This document shows positions 1 to 7,234 of a stretch of 46,804 nucleotides of DNA, one piece after another (within the stretch, counting starts at the first letter, position 1; every line of letters starts with the position of its first letter). The translations under genes and the position numbers were made by a program. The DNA lies in the IMG/VR virus record IMGVR_UViG_3300045284_000122, positions 1 to 46,804 of that record, one strand, 5' to 3'. A model generated the notes under the pieces. That model had not been told where the DNA came from and searched no databases. It saw only the letters and a program-made list of their open reading frames with translations. The stretch comes from a virus.

Positions 1-127
1 CCAAGTACGTGCTCTGGGAGGTCGGAGACGTGAGGGCTTGGCGACTCGCCTGCGGGGCGTGGCATCAGCCCAGCTACACCGACCTGCTCGCTCAGGGCAA
101 GGCGCTGTCCTCCAATCCGAAGACGGA
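1..127. repeat. Left copy of the 127-bp terminal overlap (identical to 46678-46804)
   Basis: Direct base-by-base comparison of the window ends. Confidence 0.95.
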
Positions 128-197
128 CGCCGATCGCAAGGCGCATATCGAGCGGTACATCGACCTCGTGGCGGCACTGGCGCCGTCGCTGAACTAA
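1..197 (+). CDS. 3' part of the junction-spanning lysin gene (continues 46161..46804; the whole protein is about 237 aa)
   Basis: ORF 9..197 is in frame with the open frame that starts at ATG 46161 once position 46678 is equated with position 1. The stop codon is at 195-197. Confidence 0.7.
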   Translation, partial: KYVLWEVGDVRAWRLACGAWHQPSYTDLLAQGKALSSNPKTDADRKAHIERYIDLVAALAPSLN

Positions 198-206
198 GGA
201 GACGAG

Positions 207-392
207 ATGAAGTTCCTAGACGACCTGCCGATTGCGAGCATCGTGTTCATCGCGGGCCTCGCGCTCATCTTCATCGGCTACCTGAACGACACGATCAGCT
301 TCGACGACGCCTGGAAGAACCTGCTGTTCCTGGGCGGCGGCGCGGGCGGCATCGGCGTCGCACGCGCCCTGTCGAACAAGGGCACGCGCTGA
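207..392 (+). CDS. Small membrane protein with two TM segments (holin-like), last gene of the lysis cassette
   Basis: 61 aa with two hydrophobic segments (PIASIVFIAGLALIFIGYL and NLLFLGGGAGGIGVARAL). An AGGAGA sequence lies upstream of the ATG, and the gene directly follows the lysin. Confidence 0.6.
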   Translation: MKFLDDLPIASIVFIAGLALIFIGYLNDTISFDDAWKNLLFLGGGAGGIGVARALSNKGTR

Positions 393-486
393 GCTAATCG
401 GCGGGGCTCCAACACTCGTCCAGGCCCGCTCCTAGGCGGCGCTACCCCCTAGGGAACCTGTTAGGTTGCGCCGCTGCGTACAGGCG

Positions 487-732
487 ATGGGAGAGGATGT
501 GTACAGCCTGATGATGTGGTCGGCGATGCTGGCCGCGGGCGGTTCCCGACGGGTGCTAGGGGCCGTGGTCGCCCGATGCAACGAGGAGGCAAGGCTCTAC
601 CTGCGCCACGCCGGGATCGACGTGGAGGCGCTCAGTCCAGTTCCCGAAGCGCCTTCACGAGCCCGCGACGTCGCCAGTCGAGCGCCTCCCGCTTCGTCTC
701 CAGTCGGTACTCGGCGAACGTCTCCGGGCTGA
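487..732 (+). CDS. Hypothetical protein. The call is uncertain, and the 3' end would overlap the repressor gene convergently.
   Basis: Third-position GC is high from 487 to about 630 and drops once the frame runs antisense to the repressor. There is no clear RBS; an alternative TTG start lies at 466. Confidence 0.3.
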   Translation: MGEDVYSLMMWSAMLAAGGSRRVLGAVVARCNEEARLYLRHAGIDVEALSPVPEAPSRARDVASRAPPASSPVGTRRTSPG

Positions 733-922
733 TCCGCATCGCCTTCGAGATCAGCTCCATGGCCCGCTTCGAGGGCGGCATCTCGCCGCGCATCATCAGC
801 GACAACGTGACGTGGTGAAGGCCGTCCCCATCCTTCTCCATCCTGCGCGATAACTCCCTGAGCGACCAGCCTCGCTCCTCCATGAGTCCGGCGAAAGTCT
901 CCGTGAACGGATCGGTATTCAT
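632..922 (-). CDS. CI-like repressor, XRE-family helix-turn-helix
   Basis: HTH_3-type segment ERGWSLRELSRRM...HVTLSLMMRGEMPPSKRAMELISKAMRISPETFAEY. It is the only clearly supported minus-strand gene, is divergent from a Cro-like gene, and has an AGGGAGG sequence before the ATG. Confidence 0.8.
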   Translation of the reverse strand: MNTDPFTETFAGLMEERGWSLRELSRRMEKDGDGLHHVTLSLMMRGEMPPSKRAMELISKAMRISPETFAEYRLETKREALDWRRRGLVKALRELD

Positions 923-1037
923 GCCTCCCTGCCTGTAAGGTGCTGTCCTTCCATTTGCCGCAAAGAGCGGAGATTCTACCAGCGCCGTATAGACGATGTG
1001 TTGACTTCTGTCTGCCGAGTGTGATTGACTGCGGTGC
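923..1037. promoter_or_regulatory. Divergent switch region between the repressor and Cro-like genes
   Basis: On the minus strand there is an extended -10-like TGgTAGAAT (plus-strand attcta at 973-978). Two TGTG(A)TTGACT copies lie at 997-1006 and 1019-1029, with TTGACT cores 23 bp apart. Confidence 0.45.
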
Positions 1038-1271
1038 GTGGAAGGTAATCAGGCGCCACCGGCGAACAGTCTCCGCGACATGCTCGACGCACTCGGAGAT
1101 GGGGCTAGGGCCGAACTAGCCCGCGAACTCAAAGTCTCGCCGGTCACCGTGAACCGCTGGGTTAATCGCGGCGTTCAGCCCCAGCGCCATTTCCGCAAGG
1201 CGATCCTCCGGTGGCTGCGTAAGCAGGACGGGCTCGCCGATCTCAAAGAGGTGGATCTGTGGCCGAGGTGA
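1038..1271 (+). CDS. Cro-like or early-regulator HTH protein
   Basis: ELARELKVSPVTVNRWVNRG is an HTH motif, and the gene is divergent from the repressor. The start is uncertain: GTG 1038 (possibly leaderless) or ATG 1079. Confidence 0.6.
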   Translation: MEGNQAPPANSLRDMLDALGDGARAELARELKVSPVTVNRWVNRGVQPQRHFRKAILRWLRKQDGLADLKEVDLWPR

Positions 1272-2059
1272 CCCAGCTCCCGGTCGCCTCTCTTCGCGCG
1301 GCGCTGCCCTACCTGCGGCGCCCGTTCACCCCCGAGGCGATCAAGTTCAAGGTGCAGGCCCAATTCGGCAGCCAGGGCCTGATCGTCGCCTACATCGACG
1401 CCCGGCTCGTGATCGAGCGGCTGAACATGGTCGTCGCCGAGCTCTGGCACGACGAGTACGAGCCGTTCGGGGACCGGATCGACTCCGGCTTCATGTGGTG
1501 CCACCTCACCGTTGCCGAGACGACCCGCTCCGACGTCGGCGAGTCAAAGGGCAAGGGCCTCGTCTCGGATGCCCTGAAGCGCGCGGCCGTCCGGTTCGGC
1601 GTCGGCGCCTCGCTCTACGCGATCCCTCGGTTCGTCCTCGGCGCGACGAAGAACGGGTCTGTCGACTCCAACAACACGCCGACCCTGAAGATCGTCAACT
1701 CGAAGAACAAAGACTCCTACCGGCTCACCCCGGAGTGCGAGGCGTGGCTTCGGGCTAAGTACTCCGACTGGCTGACGCAGACCGGCGCCCCGAACTTCGG
1801 AGAGGCCCTCGACCACGGCGACGTCGTCGGATCCATCGGCGATCCGGACGAGGCCGTGCCGGAGGAATCGGCCCAGGAGGATCTCGAGCTGGCCGCAGAG
1901 CGCGAGGCCGTCGAGCAGCTCTACGCCGAGAAGATCGTGGCCGGTAACGGCACCAAGTCGAAGTTCCCCAAGGGCCGCTTCACCGCCCAGCTCAAGGCGG
2001 CCGACACCCCCGAGAAGCTCGCCGAGATCCGCGCGAAGATCGAAGAGGTTGCCGCGTGA
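1259..2059 (+). CDS. Rad52/Sak-like single-strand annealing protein
   Basis: The pattern AYIDARLVIERLNMVVAELW and the segment RFGVGASLYAIP resemble the Rad52/22 family N-terminal domain (recognised from memory). Confidence 0.55.
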   Translation: MAEVTQLPVASLRAALPYLRRPFTPEAIKFKVQAQFGSQGLIVAYIDARLVIERLNMVVAELWHDEYEPFGDRIDSGFMWCHLTVAETTRSDVGESKGKGLVSDALKRAAVRFGVGASLYAIPRFVLGATKNGSVDSNNTPTLKIVNSKNKDSYRLTPECEAWLRAKYSDWLTQTGAPNFGEALDHGDVVGSIGDPDEAVPEESAQEDLELAAEREAVEQLYAEKIVAGNGTKSKFPKGRFTAQLKAADTPEKLAEIRAKIEEVAA

Positions 2060-2235
2060 AGCGGGTCGATGGCGTGGGCGGCTGCGTGACGCTCAAGCGG
2101 GGCTTCGCATCGAAGTCGAAGGCCCGCAAGTACCTGCGCGTCAACGCCGGCTCCTCGCCTGCCCGGCGGGTGTACGCCTGTCCCCATTGTGGAAACTGGC
2201 ACCTAACCAAGCAACGGAAGAAGGTGGCGGCGTGA
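2056..2235 (+). CDS. Small basic protein (59 aa) with a CPHCGNWH zinc-ribbon-like motif
   Basis: GTGA overlap with the upstream stop and very high GC3. It falls just below the 60-aa cutoff of the ORF track. Confidence 0.6.
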   Translation: MKRVDGVGGCVTLKRGFASKSKARKYLRVNAGSSPARRVYACPHCGNWHLTKQRKKVAA

Positions 2236-2387
2236 CCTGGCGCGAGATCCTCGCGATCACCATCGCCGCCGGGCTCTGGTCGGGCCTGATCGGGTTCCTC
2301 GCCGCCCCCCATCTGCGCTGGCGCTATCAGCGGCGCCACCCGTGGCGCCGGCCCGCTCCGACCATGCTCCCTCGGAGGCTGCCATGA
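2232..2387 (+). CDS. Small single-pass membrane protein (51 aa)
   Basis: GTGA overlap start and a TM segment ILAITIAAGLWSGLIGFLAA. Confidence 0.45.
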   Translation: MTWREILAITIAAGLWSGLIGFLAAPHLRWRYQRRHPWRRPAPTMLPRRLP

Positions 2388-2701
2388 ACCGAGTCATAAA
2401 CGCCCTGGACCGGATGAACGCGATCGGCGGTGAGTTCCACTCCGATCCGGGCCCCGACACCGTGCTCGGAGCGGGCTCGGACGAGCTCTGCCGGCGACTC
2501 GGTATCGAGCCGGGCGATGCCAAGGCCGCAGCGGAGCGTGCTGTCCTTCCATACGCCATCCACATCGCCCAGAGCCCGGAGTTTGAGATCGACCCGACCA
2601 ATGCCGAGTCGTTCCGGCTCCTGATCGCACTGCTCGCGGCTTCGTTCCTGGACGGGTTGTACACCGCAGGGTTCATGGAGGCGGTGCCTGCCCATGACTG
2701 A
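2384..2701 (+). CDS. Hypothetical protein
   Basis: ATGA overlap start preceded by GGAGG; high GC3. Confidence 0.6.
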   Translation: MNRVINALDRMNAIGGEFHSDPGPDTVLGAGSDELCRRLGIEPGDAKAAAERAVLPYAIHIAQSPEFEIDPTNAESFRLLIALLAASFLDGLYTAGFMEAVPAHD

Positions 2702-3212
2702 ACGGCTCTGTGAGTGCGGTTGCGGCGAGCCGGTGAGGAACCGATTCGTCAAAGGCCACCAGCGCAAGCGGCACTGCCGCGATCTCGAAGAGTTCACCGA
2801 AGATCCGACGACTCATTGTTGGGTCTGGAAACTCCATCTGAACGACGGATACGGGGCGCTGGAGATCCGGGGGAAGGAGCACCGCGCACACCGGGTGTTC
2901 TACGAGGAGCTGGTCGGCCCGATCCCCGACGGGCTGACCCTCGACCACCTCTGCCGGAATCGCGCGTGCGTGAATCCCGGGCACGTCGAACCGGTGACTT
3001 GGCGGGAGAACATCCTGCGAGGCGAGGGTCAAGGCGCCCGCAACGCCCGCAAGACCCACTGCAAGCACGGGCATCCCTTCGATCAGGAAAACACCGAATG
3101 GACCCTCCTCGGGCGGCGACGGTGCCGAGCCTGTAAGCGGCAAGCAGACGAGAGATACCGAGCGCGGAAGAGCGCCGTTCCCCAACCCACAGGAGGCACG
3201 AATGGCACCTAA
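2694..3212 (+). CDS. HNH homing endonuclease (HNH_3 type), paralog of 13022..13411
   Basis: CWVW...GYG...HRAHRVFYE..GPIPDG..LDHLCRNRACVNPGHVEPVT..EN. Confidence 0.85.
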   Translation: MTERLCECGCGEPVRNRFVKGHQRKRHCRDLEEFTEDPTTHCWVWKLHLNDGYGALEIRGKEHRAHRVFYEELVGPIPDGLTLDHLCRNRACVNPGHVEPVTWRENILRGEGQGARNARKTHCKHGHPFDQENTEWTLLGRRRCRACKRQADERYRARKSAVPQPTGGTNGT

Positions 3213-3501
3213 GCCCCAATCCCAGACGGCGCTCGACGAGACGGTCCTTGACGACCGCGAGCTGGAGAAGATCCTGGAGGACCGCGAGCGCGCGAAGGGC
3301 GCCGCGAGCGAGGCCCGGGGCAAGTTCACCACGGTCGATGAGATCGCGCGGGCCAAGATCACCGATCTCGGGCTCACCGATGGCGATGCTGTCCGGGTCG
3401 GGCGGTTCCGGGTCACCCAGTCCCGGGTCGAAGCCCGCACCGTCAACTTCGAGACGCAGCCCACCTCGCGGCTGAAGATCAACGCGACGGACGACGAATG
3501 A
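3202..3501 (+). CDS. Hypothetical protein
   Basis: AGGAGG lies 5 nt upstream of the ATG; high GC3. Confidence 0.65.
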   Translation: MAPKPQSQTALDETVLDDRELEKILEDRERAKGAASEARGKFTTVDEIARAKITDLGLTDGDAVRVGRFRVTQSRVEARTVNFETQPTSRLKINATDDE

Positions 3502-4619
3502 CAACGGCGACCGAGAAGCGCGGGATGTTCCCGTACTCGGTCAAGCGACCGGATACCGCTTCCCAGTCCCTGCTCGCCCGGATCGACGTCTGTCCCTTCA
3601 GCGGGGCGCTCTACATCGACTACAAGGGCGGCCCGCAGACCGCTGCGCTCGCCCGCGGGGAGGTCTGCCACCACTTCTTCGAGCGGGCGACGAACATGCT
3701 CATGGAGCAGGAGGAACCCTCGATGCCGCCCGAGGTCGGCAAGGATCTGATGCAGGCGATCATCGAGGAGCGGACCGATCTGGCGCTCCCGGCCGGTGAG
3801 CAGGAGTCGTGCCGGATCATCGCCTGGAACTGGTCGGAGGCGACGGTGCTCGACCTGAACTCCATCGTCTGCGTGGAGTCGATGCTCTCGCTCCAGATCG
3901 GCGAGTGGACGGTCAGGGGCCGGGTCGACCGGGCGGAGATCGCCGATCGCCAGGCGTTCGTCCGCGACTACAAGACGAGCCTCGCGATCCCTGACCAGGA
4001 GAAGTTCGAGCGGAGCTTCCAGACCCCGTTCTACGCGCTCCTGGTCGCTGAGGGCGTCCCGGAGGGCGAGTCGACCCCGATCGGCGAGGGACTCGACGCC
4101 TGCCATCTGATCGAGGAGTACCCGCGCTACCGCAGAGGCGATGATGGCTCCCTCGCGTCCCGGATCACGGTTGTCGACCGGGCCCAGCTCTTCGACTTCA
4201 AGCGGACCGTCGAGTCGCATCTCGCGAAGCTCGACCACGGGCTCGCAAAGGGGGAATGGGCAGCCTCCCCCGGCGCTCACTGCCAGACATGTCCCGCTTC
4301 CAGCGAGTGCCCGATCCCGCCCCATCTGCGCGAGGTGAAGACGATCGGCACCCAAGGCGACGCCGAGGAGATCGCCCAGCGGATCCTCTTCGTCGACGCC
4401 CAGGCGAAGGAGCTGAAGACCTCGCTGCGCGGCTGGGTCGATGAGAACGGGCCGGTCTATGCCGGCGATCTCGTCTTCGATCTGACCTACGCCGAGTCGG
4501 AGCGCCTGACCGACAAGGACGCCGTGAAGCGGATCGTCGAGGAGGCCGGGTACGACCCGGAGACGTTCTGGCGCAAGAGCCCAAGCACCCGATTCGGGAA
4601 GTCGAAGGTGAAGGCGTGA
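3498..4619 (+). CDS. PD-(D/E)XK nuclease, Cas4/RecB-like exonuclease
   Basis: Core motif GRVDRAEI...VRDYKTS, an N-terminal Cys and a C-terminal Cys cluster (CQTCPASSECP) typical of Cas4-type iron-sulfur nucleases. It sits in the same module as the annealing protein. Confidence 0.7.
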   Translation: MTTATEKRGMFPYSVKRPDTASQSLLARIDVCPFSGALYIDYKGGPQTAALARGEVCHHFFERATNMLMEQEEPSMPPEVGKDLMQAIIEERTDLALPAGEQESCRIIAWNWSEATVLDLNSIVCVESMLSLQIGEWTVRGRVDRAEIADRQAFVRDYKTSLAIPDQEKFERSFQTPFYALLVAEGVPEGESTPIGEGLDACHLIEEYPRYRRGDDGSLASRITVVDRAQLFDFKRTVESHLAKLDHGLAKGEWAASPGAHCQTCPASSECPIPPHLREVKTIGTQGDAEEIAQRILFVDAQAKELKTSLRGWVDENGPVYAGDLVFDLTYAESERLTDKDAVKRIVEEAGYDPETFWRKSPSTRFGKSKVKA

Positions 4620-4819
4620 ACGCCGTCGGCGCCATCACCCGGATCGACAACTGCTTCATCGTCGAGGGCAAGGACGGGGAGCGGTTCCTCGCCTATGCCG
4701 AGTACGAGTCTGGCGACGCCTACTTGGTCCGGCTCGAGGACAACCGGACGGGCCCGTTCCGGGGCGGAGTCGCCCATGCGGTCGCCCACGCCGGCCTCGC
4801 GTTGGTGGAGGGCCAGTGA
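4616..4819 (+). CDS. Hypothetical protein
   Basis: GTGA overlap start; high GC3. Confidence 0.55.
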   Translation: MNAVGAITRIDNCFIVEGKDGERFLAYAEYESGDAYLVRLEDNRTGPFRGGVAHAVAHAGLALVEGQ

Positions 4820-5040
4820 CTGAGGCGCAGCGGGCAGAACTGGCGCTGGAGGTTGCCCGAGTGATTCTGCGCGAGTACGAGGTGATCTGTGACGCCCTAG
4901 AGCGCGAAGCGGGCTACCTGAACCGGATGCTGGAGCTCCACGGCATTGACCCGCCGGACTTCCATGACCGCGCCATGGTGTGCAACCGCTTCGGCCACGA
5001 CGCGCGAACGATGATTCAGAGAGTCGAAGCGGCGGCGTGA
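4816..5040 (+). CDS. Hypothetical protein
   Basis: GTGA overlap start; high GC3. Confidence 0.55.
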   Translation: MTEAQRAELALEVARVILREYEVICDALEREAGYLNRMLELHGIDPPDFHDRAMVCNRFGHDARTMIQRVEAAA

Positions 5041-5255
5041 AGATCCGCATCGTCGACAAGCACGGCCACGAGTTCATCCTCACCGACCCCGAGGTTGGCG
5101 AGTCCCGCCGCGGCCCGTTCTTCAGCGCCCGCTACCAGATGATCGACAAGATCGGGCCGTGGCCGGAGAACGAGGGCGACTTCTGGCTCAAGGATCTCGT
5201 GCTGATCGAGCCGGTCGACGAGCAGCTTGAAATGCAACTCCAGGAGGCAGCGTGA
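5037..5255 (+). CDS. Hypothetical protein
   Basis: GTGA overlap start at 5037 within ORF 4980..5255. Confidence 0.55.
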   Translation: MKIRIVDKHGHEFILTDPEVGESRRGPFFSARYQMIDKIGPWPENEGDFWLKDLVLIEPVDEQLEMQLQEAA

Positions 5256-5602
5256 TCATCAACGTTCATCTGCGGTACACGGTCTTCCAGTTCGTCTCAC
5301 GCCACGACTTGGTCAAGGTGCTGCCGCCGCGTCAGGAGGTCGCCGAGGGCGTGGACAAGGTCGGCGAACCCAAGGTGGTCGCTTGGGCCCGGGACAAGGG
5401 CGACCCTACGAACCCCGAATGGCGCCGGACCATCGTGCGCCGCATCCGGCGTCCCGCGATCGACTACATCGTCAACGCCGAGGACGAGGCGAAGAGCGAC
5501 GCTGATCTGCCTGCCAAGGAGGTCGCCGAGCATCGCCAGCGTCGGCATGCGGAACTCGATAAGGCGAACCAGCAGCCCGAGACGGCGAAGGCTGCGGCTT
5601 AG
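5252..5602 (+). CDS. Hypothetical protein
   Basis: GTGA overlap start; coding-type composition. Confidence 0.55.
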   Translation: MIINVHLRYTVFQFVSRHDLVKVLPPRQEVAEGVDKVGEPKVVAWARDKGDPTNPEWRRTIVRRIRRPAIDYIVNAEDEAKSDADLPAKEVAEHRQRRHAELDKANQQPETAKAAA

Positions 5603-5802
5603 TGGGGGATCTCCTCCACTTCCCGGTCAAGCCCCGGGCGACGCTCAGCAAGCGCCAGCTTGCCCGGTTCCTCGGCCGCTCCACTCGCTGGATCGAGCTC
5701 CGGACCGCTGAGGGTTGGCCGGCAAGCCGCGACCGAAACGGAGAGAGGCGATACGTTCTGGCCGAATGGCTTGAGCGGATGGACGAGGAGGGCGTTGCCT
5801 GA
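5602..5802 (+). CDS. xis: Excisionase-like HTH DNA-binding protein
   Basis: LSKRQLARFLGRSTRWIELRTAEGWPAS is a MerR/excisionase-type HTH. The gene is small and lies immediately upstream of the integrase with a 1-nt overlap. Confidence 0.65.
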   Translation: MGDLLHFPVKPRATLSKRQLARFLGRSTRWIELRTAEGWPASRDRNGERRYVLAEWLERMDEEGVA

Positions 5803-6920
5803 TGGGAGTCATACCCCGCGGGGGCAAGTTCGGGGCCCGGGTCTATCACCGGGGCGATTGGAACTGGGTCGGTACCTTCCATACCCGTGAGGAGGCCCAA
5901 GCCGCTCACGACTTCGCGAAGCAGGCCCGGAACAAGAGCCTCGCCACGATCACCCAGTTCGCCGACAGATGGATCCGCGAGTTCAACTACGCCACGAAGG
6001 GGGGGCGGGCGCGCTGGGGCGACTCCACGCTGGAGCAGTACCGGGGCCATCTCCGGGCGCTCACGAGGCCGTTCGGGAAGCGACGCATGATCGAGTTCAC
6101 GATCACCGACGCGCGCACCTGGGCGCTCGGCCAGCCCGAGGCTTATGTGCGGACGGCCGCCGCGATGTTCGCCGATGCCCGGCGCGACGAGTTGATCCCT
6201 CAGAACCCGTTCGAGAAGCTCAGGCTCCCGCGCTCTGAAGGCCGGCGCCACATCGTCGCGATCACGTTTCTGGAGCTCGAGAAGCTCTGCGAGATCGCCC
6301 GCTCCACCTGGGGGCTCACCTTCGAGGCGATGGTCGCGGTCGGCGGCTACTCGATGTTGCGTCCGGGCGAGATCTTCGCCCTGACCCCCGACGCGATCGA
6401 CTACGAGAAGGGCGAGATCCACGTCACGCACGCGTTCTCGAAGACCGGCGAGCACAAGGCGCCGAAGAACCGCAAGCCGCGCCGGGTCTTCATGCCGCCG
6501 GACGCGAGCCGGCGGGTGATGTCCGTTCCCCGCAACCTGAAGTCGCCCTGGCTGTTCGTCAACAAGCGGGGCGAGCGGTTCCGCGCCGGCTCCCTGCACT
6601 ACCGCTGGGACAAGGTCGTGAGCGCGTTCGAGGCCCAGTTGCCGGAGGAGCGGCGCCGAGAGCTCCAGATCGCCCGCGGGAACAAGGAGATGGACTTTTA
6701 TGAATTAAGGCACCATGGAGCGACCGAGAGACTCCGGCGGGGCGTTAGCCCGCAAGACGTCGCTCAGGAGATGGGCCATACGGACGCCACGCTGGTAACG
6801 CGGCTCTACGGGCACCCCGAGGACGAGCACCGGCTCGCCCGGGTCAAGGCCGTGTTTGAGCAGAACGTCACCGAGCTCCAGCCGGTCCGGGACGCAGAAT
6901 CAGACGCAGCGGAAGGCTGA
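5802..6920 (+). CDS. int: Tyrosine integrase with an N-terminal AP2-like DNA-binding domain
   Basis: N-terminus GKFGARVYHRGDWNWVGTFHTREEAQAAHDFA is AP2-like. The catalytic region has LRPGEIFAL and HELRHHGAT...GHTDATLVTRLYGH, giving the R..HxxR..Y signature. Confidence 0.9.
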   Translation: MGVIPRGGKFGARVYHRGDWNWVGTFHTREEAQAAHDFAKQARNKSLATITQFADRWIREFNYATKGGRARWGDSTLEQYRGHLRALTRPFGKRRMIEFTITDARTWALGQPEAYVRTAAAMFADARRDELIPQNPFEKLRLPRSEGRRHIVAITFLELEKLCEIARSTWGLTFEAMVAVGGYSMLRPGEIFALTPDAIDYEKGEIHVTHAFSKTGEHKAPKNRKPRRVFMPPDASRRVMSVPRNLKSPWLFVNKRGERFRAGSLHYRWDKVVSAFEAQLPEERRRELQIARGNKEMDFYELRHHGATERLRRGVSPQDVAQEMGHTDATLVTRLYGHPEDEHRLARVKAVFEQNVTELQPVRDAESDAAEG

Positions 6921-7207
6921 GCAGGCGTGCTTTCGTGGCTTCACAACCTGCTCGGGGCGCTGACCCGAAAGGTGCGAAGTCTCCACCTTCCGGACCCGCG
7001 AACCGCTCCACCATGGGCTAACTGGCCGCATCGGTTCCCGGCGCCCCCCGAAACCCTCGCACCAAGCGCCGGCATCCGACGCAGGGAGTCACGGCGCCAG
7101 GACGCAGATCGGGACGCGTCGAGCGTGGAAAGGCGAACGCCACCACACGGGCTCCGCTTCTCGACGGTCACGCCGCGCCGACGCCGCGGGCTGCCCCGCT
7201 ACACGGA
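6921..7207. other. Candidate attP-containing non-coding region downstream of int
   Basis: A 287-bp gap without a convincing ORF directly after the integrase. It contains an imperfect hairpin at 6965-6993. The core site could not be identified from sequence alone. Confidence 0.3.
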
Positions 7208-7234
7208 ATGGATCAACCAACGAAGGGAGAGCGC

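Noticed and set aside
1-127. Interpreting the 127-bp end repeat as a biological direct terminal repeat of the virion DNA
   Set aside because: The length equals a standard assembler k-mer, and a coding frame reads straight through the junction. An assembly overlap of a circular or permuted genome is the simpler explanation. Real termini need read-level analysis.
1038-1048. The shared string gtggaaggtaa(t/c)ca at 1038 (Cro-like start) and 42828 (RBS of the SLT gene), each to the right of a minus-strand gene
   Set aside because: Exact 11-mer repeats are expected hundreds of times by chance in 46 kb at this composition. The common core is simply an SD-like GGAAGG, and in the first copy no start codon follows at the equivalent position.
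7003-7013. A tRNA-like 3' end (ccgctccacca) in the candidate attP region, and a second ...ctcgcacca about 60 bp downstream
   Set aside because: No T-arm (GGTTCGAnnCC-type) or acceptor-stem complementarity could be found on either strand next to these CCA-ending strings. I cannot support a tRNA or tRNA-fragment call.
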